Position numbers and translations under genes: made by a program. Shown one piece after another: positions 10,974 to 23,783 of a stretch of DNA of 64,000 nucleotides. The stretch comes from Antedon mediterranea. Its lineage: Eukaryota; Animalia; Echinodermata. The notes below the pieces were generated by a model. The model was not told the DNA's origin and did not search any database. It worked only from the letters and a program-made list of their open reading frames with translations. The stretch lies in the NCBI RefSeq assembly GCF_964355755.1, contig NC_092678.1, positions 4,914,422 through 4,978,421 on the forward strand, written 5' to 3'. Numbering within the stretch: position 1 is the first letter of the stretch; each line of letters begins with the position of its first letter.

Positions 10974-13900
10974 ATGAACCGAAGAACCTCGAAGCCCAAG
11001 AGAGGTAAGGCCTAGTCCTATGCTAGGCCTAGCATATAGCTGCTCTAGGCTCAGCCAGGGAGGGGCCAGGCGAGCAGGCGCGCAGGCAGTCGGAAGCCTA
11101 GGCCTAGGCTAGGAATATAGTATACAGCTAGTAGTAGGCCTATAGACTAGTACCTTAGGCCCTATGAATAGATGGCTTGTAGTAGGCCTAGGTCAACTAA
11201 AAATTCACTTATAAAATAATTCTATACTAGGCTGCCATATAGGCCTAGGGCCTAGGCCTATAGACTAGTACCTTAGGCCCTATAAATAGATGGCTTGTTG
11301 TAGGCCTATGTCAACTAAAAATTCACTTATAAAATAATTCTATACTAGGCTGCCATATAGGCCTAGGCCTAATTTAAATAAATAAGAAAATGCAATAAAA
11401 AGATTAGCTTTTTAAATCCCTTCTTCTTCACTACAGATTATGGACTAATGGAAACACCCAATAACAGTAGCAGTACCCAAAAAAGGACATCTTCAGGTTC
11501 TAGTATGATGTCATCAAGTTCTAGTAGGAGAAATAGTTCCTCAAACAATCCAACATCATTAGGACAGTTTTCTTCCGCTAACAACCACACTCCAGGCTAC
11601 TCCAGGTAAGTATAGCAGGCATGGTAGGCCTACAGAATAAAATTTAAAGTGGTCCAAGCTAAATAGTACAAAGCTTAAAAAGAAACACATAATTTGATTA
11701 AAAAAAGGATAAATCTTCAAAATGAAATGTGATCATAACAAAAATATCCTTAACAATATTAACAAGCAATAATACTAACATGAATATCTTCAGGTTGACA
11801 ACACCAGGTACTGCCTCATCCATGCAAAGCAGTCGATCAACTCCAAGACAGACTACATCAAGCTCAACAACACCGGTAGTACCTAACCACAAAACTGTCA
11901 TTATAGGTAAGAAGGATGTGCATGTTTAGTTCCTGAGTTCCTTTTTGGTATATTTAAAAGTGTACAACCTAGTGATTTTTACCTTATTTACTTCTAGCTA
12001 TTGTAGAAGGGCGTGGTCTAGCTCAGGGTGAAATAGGCATGGCCAGTATTGATCTGAAACAATCTCACCTGATGCTATCACAATTCTCTGATAGTCAAAC
12101 TTATGTAAAGGTGATGACAAAGCTTGCAATCCTACAACCACTGGAGGTTAGTAAATGATGTGACATAATTAGCTAATAGTACAAGAACAACTTTAAAAAC
12201 TTATTTATTTATTTATATATAAGGTACAGATATATTGTTATGTTGAAATAATGTTTAAATAACATATAAACAACATTTAAAAACATATTAATAAAACTAT
12301 AAAAATCACCAACATTATACAATAGAAATACAATGGATTGAGAAGTACCGTAAGTTGTAAAATTGTAGGTACAGTACTTTTATTTGTCCTTGTAACAGTG
12401 ATAGTGAGTGCTTGCTTCATTTGTGTAGATTATAATGCCAGGTACAGCCTCAGAGACAAAACTGTTTAAACTCATCACAGAACACTATCAAGAAACCAGT
12501 ACATCAACTGTACATAGGAGGTACTTCAATGAAACCAAAGGTAAATCAGCAATTCACATTTAGCAGAACAAATCCCTATCTCTTAGGAGACACCCCTAAT
12601 AATAGGTTTGTCTCCTTAATGGGGTGGGGTCTCCTATTATAGGCACCCTTATTAAGCTCTGTCTACACTATGAAACTAGTTTGACAAAAAAAAAGATGAT
12701 ATGCTTAAATATGGTAGTGGTATGACAACATAATGAAGGACATCACATTTTTGATAATGTAGACAGAGCTTTAGTAGACACAATGAGGGCCAAACATGTG
12801 TTGAATCTATGGCCCTATTATAGGGACACAGTTCTAGGTCCTGAAGGTGTTCCATAATGTTCTACTGTAGTAGAGTTAGTTAATTAAATAATGTTAATTA
12901 AATGGATCAATAGAAAGTGAATGTTTAAGTACTGTAGATGGAAATATAGGGGGTAGATTAATAATAGATAAAGGAATTAATGAGGAGATAAGAAAGAGAA
13001 AATGAGTGATTAATACATTTTTATGAGTATCATTTGTCAGTTCTTGGTCAGAATTTGATTAGCTGTCTTTCTGTTGATCGTTGTTTTTTTTCCTCCTTTT
13101 GCTGTCTTGTTATGTCCCTGTCCTTACGTCCTGTATTTTGAATCCTATTTTCGTGAATTTTAGTCCGCTTTACCTGTGTCTGTAAATAGGCTGGCCAGCC
13201 ACAAGATTTCTATCTTCTTGGGCACTGCCTACTTCGTCTTATTGATTAATGTATACTTTTTTTTATCATCAATTGCCTTGTTATAAATTTTACTGGAATT
13301 TATTATGTTTACCTCATTTTCTTGAAGGAAGAAATAAATGTTAAGTATTAATGCTTTATAATATAAACTCAATTACAGGGCTACAATATATCAAACAGCT
13401 ATGTTTAGCAGAATACAGTACAGTTGAGATTGAGGTCATGTCAAAGTGAGTACTTAACCTGCACTCTAATGTTCAAACCCGAGACGCACAAATGCCGTAA
13501 TATAAATTATACATATTGCTTTAAATTAGATACTACTGTTTGGCCGCATCAGCTGCCTTGTTGAAATATGTAGAGTTTATTCAAAACCTTGTGTATGCTC
13601 CAAAATCATTGAAGATCGTGTTCAAAGGCAGCGAGCAGACAGCGATGATTGGTGAGTTACTCAAGTTTGCAAAAAACCATATTGTAGTATACCCAACAGC
13701 GAGCTCTATTAGGTATAGTGTTAATTAGTGTTTAATCCTGGAATTAAATTGTGCACAATATGTGAATTCTAAAGCTTTGTCTATATATCAAACTAGTTTG
13801 ACAAAAAAGTGTAACATCGTAATGATATAACATCATCATGTCTATATACAGTCACATCACATTTGATAGTGAGAGAGAGTTTTACAATATGATGGGTATT

Positions 13901-16900
13901 ACTTTTTTTTATTTCTTAAGATGCGTCTACAGCCACAAATTTAGAGCTTGTTCAAAATTTGCTAGATGCTCGGAGCGAACATACTCTATATGGTGTTCTT
14001 AATAACACGAAAACGGTTGGTGGAGGTGAGTTGTACACATTTAACATCGACTCATACAAATGTAAAATGTAAATGATATATTCAACATTTTTTTAATATC
14101 TTCTGTTTAGCTCGGCTTTTGAGATCAAATGTGCTGCAGCCTTTGTGTGGTAAGTATGAAATAAACTTATTTCAATATAGAGACAATACATGGACGAGAT
14201 AGATGATGACAATGATGATGATGATGATGATGATGACAATGATGATGCCGATGATGATGATGTCAGTGATGATGATGACAATGATGATAATGAAAATGAT
14301 GATGATGACAATGATGATGATGACAATGATGATGACAATGATTATGACGATGACAATATGATGACAATGATGGTAATGAAAATGATGATAAAGCTATAAA
14401 AGAAGGCCTGCAAGTACAACTCATTTTATTTTTGCAGATCTTGATACAATACAGATGCGTCTGGAAGTTGTGAGTGAACTTACAGAGAATGAGGAGCTAT
14501 TTTATAACTTACAGTCAGGTAAGGACAGCTGGTGACGTGCTGCTGGTATAATCACGCAACTTTTTTAAAACACAATTTAGGGTGAATACAGACTTCAATG
14601 GAGTATGTACCTAATTGGTTCTCTTGTACTGCTCCATTTACCATATTTGGTGTGTTTCAGTGTTGGCTAGATTCCTGGATACTGACCATCTGTTGTCTCA
14701 GTGTGTCCAGATACCAAAGGCCGAAACAGTGAAAACAGCCGAACAGAAGATAACAACGGTTATCCTGTTAAAGCATACGTTGGAACTGGTGACGCCGTTG
14801 ATGAATACTATAGAGGGATCCGAGAACAAGTTGTTACAAGCATATCATAAGGTATCGTCACATTGTATTTTTGTGAGGGTTCCTAACGATCAGCTTCAGC
14901 TGGATGGACCACTCTCTAAAAATGGATTTATAGTTAATCTTGTAAAAAGAACATTTAAATGTGTATTTGGTAATTCATCTTTACCATTTCTATTCTATTT
15001 ATAGACGTTAAGTGATAACAGGTTTGCGTTGATCTTAGAAAAGATAAAAACTGTTATACATGATGAAACTAGTTACCAGAAGGGTGCACTCAACATGAGA
15101 ACGCAAAGATGCTTTGCGGTTAAACCGGAACTTAACGGTAAGATGTCAATTTTACAAAGATCAATAAATAAATTATTGAAAAAAATAATATATTTACATT
15201 TTTTTCCCCCACTATACTGTAGGTTTATTAGATGTGGCTAGAAGAACATACACAGAAATTGTGGATGACATATCAGGTAATATTTACAGTTAAAAAAGAC
15301 CCTGTCACACTATCAAACTCTATGTGACAACAAAATGTGATGTGCCCATATATGGACACTATGATGTCAGTACCATATTTGGTCATATCACTACCATTAT
15401 TTGGGTAAATGCATCACACTTTTTTTTCAAACTAGTTTGACTGTGTATAGACAGAGTTTAAGGAAATTGGCGGATCCATGTTTTGAAATCTCCATCTTTA
15501 AACAAACAATTACAAATGGCAGATTATGACTTTCTTTTAAAGAGTTAATCAAGCAACTTGCAGAGGAGCACCACTTACCATTAAAGACCAGTTATAATGC
15601 CACAAGAGGCTTCTACATTCAGTTGAGCTGTGCAGCTAATTCAGACGTCGCCCTCGATGCTTTACCGTCAACGTTTGTCAAAGTAGTTAAGTCCAGGAAC
15701 ATGGCAAGCTTTACAACTTCAGACTTGGTAAGATACTTTAATATTAACAACTTAAAAATAATATTTATGAAAATGTATTTGTATTTTCCAACAATATTAA
15801 AGAATACTATCCAGTAAAGAAGACAGATATTTTTTAAAATGTTGTAAACTAGCCTAGAATTATTGTTTCTTTTTCAGATCAAACTGAATGGTAAGTTTAC
15901 ATTCACTTATGATATAAACTATAACCTCAAGTAATTGGTCAGATGATTGCCTACTTAAAACGCATAAGGATTATTAAATAATTAATTACTTTTCCTAGAT
16001 CGTATCCGAGAATCCTTAAATGAAATATACCTGATGACTAACATGTAAGTAGAGACACAAATTGTTTAATTCCTCGTAAAATGAAATTCTATTTTCAAAA
16101 TCAGCAGAAATATTACTAATTATTGATATTTTGTTACTAGTGTGCTGAGTGAACTGATAAATGACATTCGTGAGCAAATTGGCTGCCTATATCAACTCAC
16201 AGAATGTGTATCAATGCTGGACATGCTCACATCATTTGCTCATTTATGTACACTTGGAGGCTATGGTGAGTGTTTTAATTTGTAGTTTGTGTTACAGCTC
16301 ACCTGCTCCACCCCATGTGTTCTAGCTCACATGCTCTAGCTCATGTTCTCCAGCTCATGTGTTCTAGCTCACATGTTCTAGTTTGTATGTGTTTCAGCTC
16401 ACATGTTCCAGCTCATGTGCTCCAACTCATGTGCTCTAGCTCATGTGCTCCAACTCATGTGTAGTCTAGCCCACATGTTCCAGCTCATGTGCTCCAGCTC
16501 ATGTGTTCCAGCTCACATGTTCCAGCTCATGTGCTCCAACTCATGTGTTCTAGCTCACATGCTCCAGCTCATGTGCTAGCCCACATGTTCCAGCTCATGT
16601 GCTCTAGCTCATGTGCTCCAGCTCATGTGTTCCAGCTCACATGTTCCAGCTCATGTGCTCCAACTCATGTGTTCTAGCTCACATGCTCCAGCTCATGTAT
16701 TCTAGCCCACATGCTCCAGCTCACATGTTCAGCTCACATGTTCCAACTCATGTGCTCCAGCTCACACATGCTCCAGCTCATGTGCTCCAGCTCACATGTG
16801 CTCCAGCTCACAAGTCCACTCATTAAGCACAATCTTTTTTGCTCCATTGTTCACTTCCTATTTCAAATGCGATTTACACTTTTACTGCAGTAAGACCAGA

Positions 16901-19900
16901 TTTTACCGATACGTTAGCCATCAAGAACGGACGCCACCCCATTCTAAATCGGATTGCAAGTGAGCAGCCAGTCGCAAACAACACTGTAAGTCATCATAAA
17001 AATAACATTAATAATTGATGTGAAAAGTTACCTTTTAATGTTTAGTAACGTAGTTAAGATGTTAAAAAGCGTTATATATTATCAAGTGACTGTTTATAAC
17101 TTTGTAATGTTATTATATGCTATTTATTTTGTAGTATGCATCTGCAGAAAGTAATTTCATTGTCATTACTGGACCAAATATGGTAAAATCTTTTATTTTG
17201 TATACAATAGAGCTCCTCATTAGACACACCCCATATTTAAAGGACACCTTATTAAAGGGATAATCTCCCTTTTAATGAATACGAGATGCAATATGTTTTA
17301 ACACTACAGCCAATCCCTATTCAGGGACACATCCAAAAGAGGCACTTTGTAGGCTCCTGAACTGAAGGTGTCCTCTTAATATACTTCTACTATAAAACTA
17401 CTATCATTATAAAAAGAACCAATAATGATTAAGTTAACGATTTGGAAACGAACCCCTTTGCTTAACTTGGTAAATTCATTAAGATCTATTAAAATGCAAA
17501 TTGTTTTTGTTATTTTAGAGTGGCAAGTCTACGTATTTGAAGCAGATAGCGCTAGTGCAGATCATGTCTCAGCTGGGTTGCTTTGTGCCGGCAGAGATCG
17601 CATCGTTCAGGATTGCCGATCAGATATTTTCAAGAATAAGTTGTGATGACGATATTGAAACAAACGCCTCAACATTCATGTTGGAGGTAGTTATAATAAT
17701 AATAATAATAAATAATAAAATCTTTATCTTGAAACAGGGCGCTGGTTCACACAGCAAAATGTGCTCTTCCATGAGGCCGTATGAAAGAAATACAACTACG
17801 ACAGTATCACAACTATCAAAACAAAACTTGTTTTGTATGTAAACGATCGCAAACAGCCCCTGGCTATGAAATTAGTTGGTGGGATTTATACTTGGATTGG
17901 ATTAACAATAGATTTGCTTAAGTTTTTAATTTATCCTAAATCATCTAATTATTATATGTATACAATATTTTAAATGTAGAATTCTTTATTTCCTTGTTCT
18001 TCTTTCTTGCAAGATGCGAGAAACTAACTACATCATACGAAATGCAACCGACAAGTCATTGATCATCATCGATGAATTAGGAAGAGGTAAGGGCGTTAAT
18101 AAATCAAAAAACGTCTTTTGCGTTTTTCGTACTATTAGTTGGGAAAGCCACTCGACAGTGCAGTTCTTTTGAACTGATCCACTTTTGGTTACCCGCAGGT
18201 GCTGATAGTACTTTTGTTCTGTTTTGTTGAATGATGCCGTACCTTGTTTATGATTTTTGTATGTTACCTGGAAATTGAATAAAATAAAATAAAAAAATAA
18301 AATAAGAGATATCAAAAAATATTTAATGTAATTTTAGCCGTGACCTCCCCCTGGTCATAAGCTAAGCACCCTAGCCTTACTCAACTCTTAAAGATGTATT
18401 TTCCCTTTAAACACCAAAAATGAAGGTCAAATATTCTAAATTTAAATTGGCCATATCAAAGTAATATTAAAGTTATTTACTTTAAGTCGAAAATTTGAGC
18501 CAAAAACAACAAGTTTACGTAATTAACAGGTAAATGAATTTGATCACATTTCTTCTAGGAAATCGTCGCAAGCGAAAGTAAACAAAGATTTCAAACGAGT
18601 ATGCATGCATGATGCTAATTAGAATTGTTTACAACTCGTCACGGTTGAGAAGGTGTTTTCACACAGATTTAGTTATTTAAGTTTATGATTATGCATACAG
18701 AGTAGACAAAGAAGTGCGTTGCATTATGATATATGTTTTGATCGAAAACTTTGACTGGAAGTCAAAGTTATTTTTTGAACAAAAAACGTCTGTATTTCAA
18801 TTAAATGGATTTTCTTTGGAGTAATTTTTGGTGAAAGTTAATAACTATTATAATACTTCAAAACGACCCACTTTTTTTCGAAATAATTTGTTAAAAATGT
18901 TTTTGGAATTAGTAAATGGAACAATACATCTTTACTGCATGTATTACTTGGTACTTATTAGTACCTGGTGGTTAATTGTCCTCTTGAATGCTCCACAAGG
19001 AAGTCTGACAAAGAGGCCCTGGGAAGTGGCTTATTAATTGGACACTATCTCTTATTTATTTCAGGAACCAGTAGTGAGGAGGGCGTTGGTATCTGTCACG
19101 CAATCTGTGAATTCTTACTCAGTTTTAATGCGTTCACATTTTTCGCTACGCACTATCAGCAGATTACTAACTTGGACGCCCTCTATCCTAATGTTGAAAA
19201 GTAAATTTTTATCGATTATAAAATAAACATGATATATATTGTATGACATCAACATCATTCTCACATGACATCATTCTCACATGACATCATTCTCATCAAC
19301 ATCATTCTCACATGACATCATTCTCACACCCCATCATTCTCATCAACATCATTCTCACATGACTTCATTCTCACATGACTTCATTCTCACATGACATCAT
19401 TCTCATCAACATCAACATCATTCTCATCAACATCATTCTCACATGACATTATTCTCACATGACATCAATATTCTCACATTTAATAAACATGAATTCATTT
19501 TTGTAACCCAATGTAGTTACCATTTTGAAGTTGAGCATCATGCCGTAGGTAAAGACAAGTTTCAAAAGGTTTTCTACACACATACCCTGTCACGAGGGAG
19601 GACACAAGAGAAAAACTACGGTAAATTATGTTTGAATAATATTTATGTACGTTACAATTACATAACATACTCTTGAACACTTAAAATTATTAAAATTAAA
19701 TATTATATCGTAAATTATTATATTACATACTTTTAAACAGTTACCCTAAAAAGAACATGAAATAAAAGACTTTAAATTATGTTTTAGGAATCAAACTGGC
19801 GGAAGTTTCCACTCTTCCCCCGTCTATCATAGCAGAGGCAAAGAAGATCTCAGAAACTTTGAAGGCACAAAAAAAGGTAACTATAATATCGGCAAGAGTT

Positions 19901-20465
19901 CCAAGCCGACTCACTCCATAGTTCTGGTGGAAGAACCAGTTTTCTCTAATAAGGACTACAAAGCGTAGCCCCGTTGTACACATGTTTGCGAGACGGGTAG
20001 CGGGATACCTCATTGTGCTAGTTCACGTTCAGCCACTGTCATGAACAGAGTGCTGTAGTTGGCTGCACTGATATGGCTGTTAGAGAAGAAACATGTAGTT
20101 AAAAAGTGTAACATTTAAAGTCTAAAATTACGTAAAGCAGCTTCACAAGTTTATTCACAAGGGCGCCATATACATCATAAACGCAAACCAACACAACTTG
20201 CTGCCTTACATCATCATTTGTTTTTGTATCTCACAATTTTCTTGATACTTTGTGCAAATAACAAATCACTCAATTTAATTTTATCTAGACAAATGAAGAA
20301 GACACAATGGAATTACGAAAGCAAAGAGCAGATTTCCACCTTGCCAACAGACTGATCCAAGTGGCTCGTAACTCACGTCTGGATGAGGACAGTTTAAAGG
20401 AATATCTGGCAACATTAAAAAAACAGTATCTATCAGATTTAGGCGCTTCAGAGTCGGAGGAGTAA
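10974..20465 (+). CDS. MSH4: MutS homolog 4 (meiotic MutS-gamma), multi-exon
   Basis: Exon 1 10974-11004 splices in frame to 11437. Motifs [45 protein letters not shown], Walker A GPNM|[25 protein letters not shown]|[10 protein letters not shown]. Last exon ...[19 protein letters not shown]...SEE* with TAA at 20463-20465. Confidence 0.96.
11135..11371. repeat. Tandem duplication of about 120 bp, rich in TAGGCCTA/CTAG palindromes, MSH4 intron 1
   Basis: TAGGCCTATAGACTAGTACCTTAGGCCC...TATACTAGGCTGCCATATAGGCCTAGG occurs twice, nearly identical. Confidence 0.85.
12655..12770. mobile_element. MITE family A copy 2, nested in an older Tc1/pogo-like MITE remnant (about 12575-12870)
   Basis: Same TIRs, TTA on both flanks. 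Flanking GGACAC/GTGTCC-rich sequence ending TTCTACTGTA resembles 17202-17392. Confidence 0.75.
13773..13881. mobile_element. MITE family A copy 3 (degenerate)
   Basis: AGCTTTGTCTATATATCAAACTAGTTTGAC...TTTGATAGTG. Confidence 0.7.
14202..14390. repeat. (GAT/GAC/AAT)n microsatellite in an MSH4 intron
   Basis: Trinucleotide array lying between the GT donor near 14150 and the AG acceptor near 14437. Confidence 0.9.
15297..15458. mobile_element. MITE family A copy 4
   Basis: Same internal GTGATGTGCCCATATATGGAC core and degenerate TIRs. Confidence 0.75.
16295..16812. repeat. About 14-bp minisatellite (TCCAGCTCATGTGY / TCTAGCTCACATGY)
   Basis: Dozens of degenerate tandem units within an MSH4 intron. 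Confidence 0.9.
18392..18931. mobile_element. Kolobok-like MITE (TTAA target, AG...CT termini)
   Basis: TTAA|AGATGTATT at left and AATACATCT|TTAC at right form an inverted repeat. Confidence 0.5.
19243..19480. repeat. 16-bp minisatellite (CATCATTCTCACATGA)
   Basis: Tandem units visible directly. Confidence 0.9.
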
Positions 20466-21508
20466 AGGACATCAATTGCTGCTAAATTCGATGAAGAATT
20501 TACGTTATAGTGTATCTGTTGAGTTAGTTAAAGTGTTTTGAGAGCATTGCATGTGACTGCACTACCTTGCATTAGTTATATTATTCACTGTATAGTATTG
20601 GATTGAAAAAAGCACCTTTGAGCATACAAATTTAACAATTTACCATTTCAAATATTAAAAAAGTATTACACACATACGGTTGTAGTTTGACAAATATCAT
20701 TGACATATCAAAAAGAAGTCAAAAACAATTACTTTACAGAAGGAGTTAAGCCTTTTTATTGTGGTATATTATGACATTACCCGTCACCAAGAGATGCAAC
20801 CAATCAGGTTTGCGATCAAGCTACCACTAATTATGATAAAATAATATTAATTATCTAATTATCAGTCTGTCTGTTTGTCCGGTCTTCTACTAATTTAAAC
20901 ATTTTGTAAAGAACGCGTTTAACTTACATTAAATGGATATTGTACATGTATAAGCTAAGCACTTTCTTACATATTCAAACATGGTATAGGAACTTAACTC
21001 CAAGCTGAGTTTATACCAGTCCATATAGCAAATCTATAATATATAGACACTACATGTCTCATACAAGTATCAATTCTAAACTAAATATTAAGTTTATAAA
21101 AAATAAGCTTTGGATTGAGATTAAACTTAAGATGCGAGGTATAGGAAGACAAAAAGCATACAATAATAATATATATAAAATTGTAAGATATTTATAGTCA
21201 TCTTGAGTATTTAAAATTAATGGAAGTTACCTTGGGAGTTTAACATTGATGTGGAGAAACATGTACCTAATTAAATGTAGTACTAATGGTTTAACTTAGT
21301 ATAATATCTTAAGTCGCTTGTTAGCACCTACCAGAAAATAAAAACATGTAATATACAAGTATACAAATTTGAGTTTCTGGTCACAACTATGGGCAGCCTG
21401 CGGTGCCTGAAATAGTATGCCTATAATTTAGTTTTAACCAGAAATCAAAATAGGTATATTTTTGTTTTATTTTATGAATTAAACACTTGATCACAACTAC
21501 TGTTCTAA

Positions 21509-21711
21509 ATCTCTGTCTACATTATCAAACTAGTTTGACAAAAAAAAGTGTGATGTGCCCAAATATGGTAGTGATATGGCCAAATATGGTAGTGATATGG
21601 CCAAATATGGTAGTGATATGCCCAAATATGGTAGTGATATGACATCATCATGTCCATATATGGGAACATCACATTTTTTGTCACATAAAGTTTGATAGTG
21701 TAGACAGAGCT
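21509..21711. mobile_element. MITE family A copy 5 (4 internal 20-bp repeats)
   Basis: TIRs near-intact; CCAAATATGGTAGTGATATG x4. Confidence 0.85.
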
Positions 21712-23783
21712 TTAAGTGAACTCAAAATCCCAGGCGAAGTCATCATGTGATGCTCTTTCAACCAATCGCTGGACAGTAAATGTTTGAGCCATAATATAAA
21801 GTGTACTACCTGTACTATGTATCTGTGTAATTAAATCATTTAAAATAACTACTTAGTAAAAATACTGCAGCAAACAGTTATTTACTGCAGTAATGTATCA
21901 TTAAGTTCTTTAAAATGTTACTATGGATATAACATTGTGAAGCACATTCAATTCTTTGGGATGTCATATTACTGGAAGATTTAAAAAAAAAACACATAAA
22001 GTTATGGTTTTAAAAATTTTAAATAAAATTAAGCGAAAAATATTAAATACTGAGTATTTTACTGTTTGTATTCACTTAGGAGAATGTTTAGTGCGTTTTG
22101 CTTAGCCTAATTGTGATGGGCGATTATAATACAGCCATAATATCTTAAATTACATCTTGGGGGCTACATTTGTAATCCGATTAAATTTATGAAGGTCGAC
22201 AAATATAACAAAAAGTATAATAGAATATTCTATTGCTAATACCGTTCAATACCATTATCTTTATAACAGAATAGAACAAAACATTAATGTAATAATATAA
22301 ACAAATTAATGTAATTATAATATAAGATCACTGTACCATATACACATAAACACATTCAGAAATTTATATATAGAAAAAAGAAAATTTACAAAATAAAAAA
22401 CTAATTATTTTACAGAATAAATGTATTTTATGTAGGAACATTGGTTAATTACCAAAACTAGAAAATTATTAAATAACATTTCCTATTATTATTATTCATT
22501 TTCAAGTTCTGTAAACTTATCTGTTAAGTTCTGTAAACTTTTCTGTTATGTTCTGTAACCTTATCAGTTAAGTTAAGTAAACTTATTCTGTTATGTTTTG
22601 TAAACTTATCTGTTAAAATTCTGTAAACTTTAATGTTTACTAAACAGAACAGAGATCCTGAAATATAATTTAAAAACAAAAATGAATACAAACTATTTAT
22701 GTATCGTAGTTTGCACACTAATGAGGTCAAAGGTCAGAATTTGTTGACCTTTCAACTTTCTAAATATATATTTACAAATTAACATAAATTGAATACTACT
22801 ACTATTGTCCTAAATCTGAATTTCTTGGTGTACATCATGCATCTTGCTGAGAATTTTTTCGGCCAGCAAAAGTCATGGATACCGGCGCCGTAAACTAATG
22901 CATAGGGTTGTTCCATTATTCTGAAAGGTGGTATCTAAATCTGGCTAACTATTTTAATATAAAGTATACAAATAGCATTATTTTTCCTTGTGTAATAAAA
23001 ATCTTTTTTTTCCCAACAAAACACCATCCACAACATTCTAAAATTATTACACACAGCAACATATAAGCAAAATACATTTTTTGGTCTAAAATTAGTTTTT
23101 CATTTTTTTTTTTTGGACTAAAATAATTATTTGCATTTTAGTTCCTTTTATTATGTACATGCAGCATCGCCCTCTATAGTTTGCGAATATTTTGCATTTT
23201 TCTAACTAACAAGTCTGTGACATGGCGTTAGGAATACCATACTCTTTTACTTAATTACATTTAAGTAATGTAAATCAAAATTTAAAATAGAAATTATTTG
23301 CATATTTTTGGATTCTGTTATATTTGTGAAATATAAAAAAAAAATATATTAAATTTGCCCAGTATTGTTGTAATCCTAGTCATATAAAATTAATCCAATA
23401 TCAATAAAAAAAATTAATTCAATTTGAAATTAAGCAAATTGTGATAAATTTTATCAAAAAATTACAAACTCAATTTTATAAAAATAATATAAATCATCTG
23501 CATAACTACAGAACTTGAAAGACTTAATTTGCATTATTTGCCGTCAACAAATAATTCTTTAAAAATATTTTTACAAAAATAAGTTAAAACTTGGTATTTT
23601 GCTTTTACATATTATGTTGGTGCATGCATGGGCATCGCATATTAAATTTAAGCTTTGCAAAACATCCAAAAATCAATTTTTAAAAATATGACATATTAGG
23701 TCGACACATGATGGGTGACTAAGTTTCTTGATAAAGTACTGTCTTAAAGTAAGCATTCCTTCCACCATTTACAATAGTATCAC

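Noticed and set aside
14093-14399. Poly-Asp and poly-Ser ORFs
   Set aside because: Translation of an intronic GAT microsatellite; the flanking MSH4 exons join in frame without it.
16489-16893. Repetitive ORFs ([10 protein letters not shown]...)
   Set aside because: Products of a 14-bp intronic minisatellite.
19878-20090. GC-richer stretch in the last MSH4 intron as a possible snoRNA or exon extension
   Set aside because: In-frame stop soon after the donor, and no convincing C/D or H/ACA box arrangement seen.
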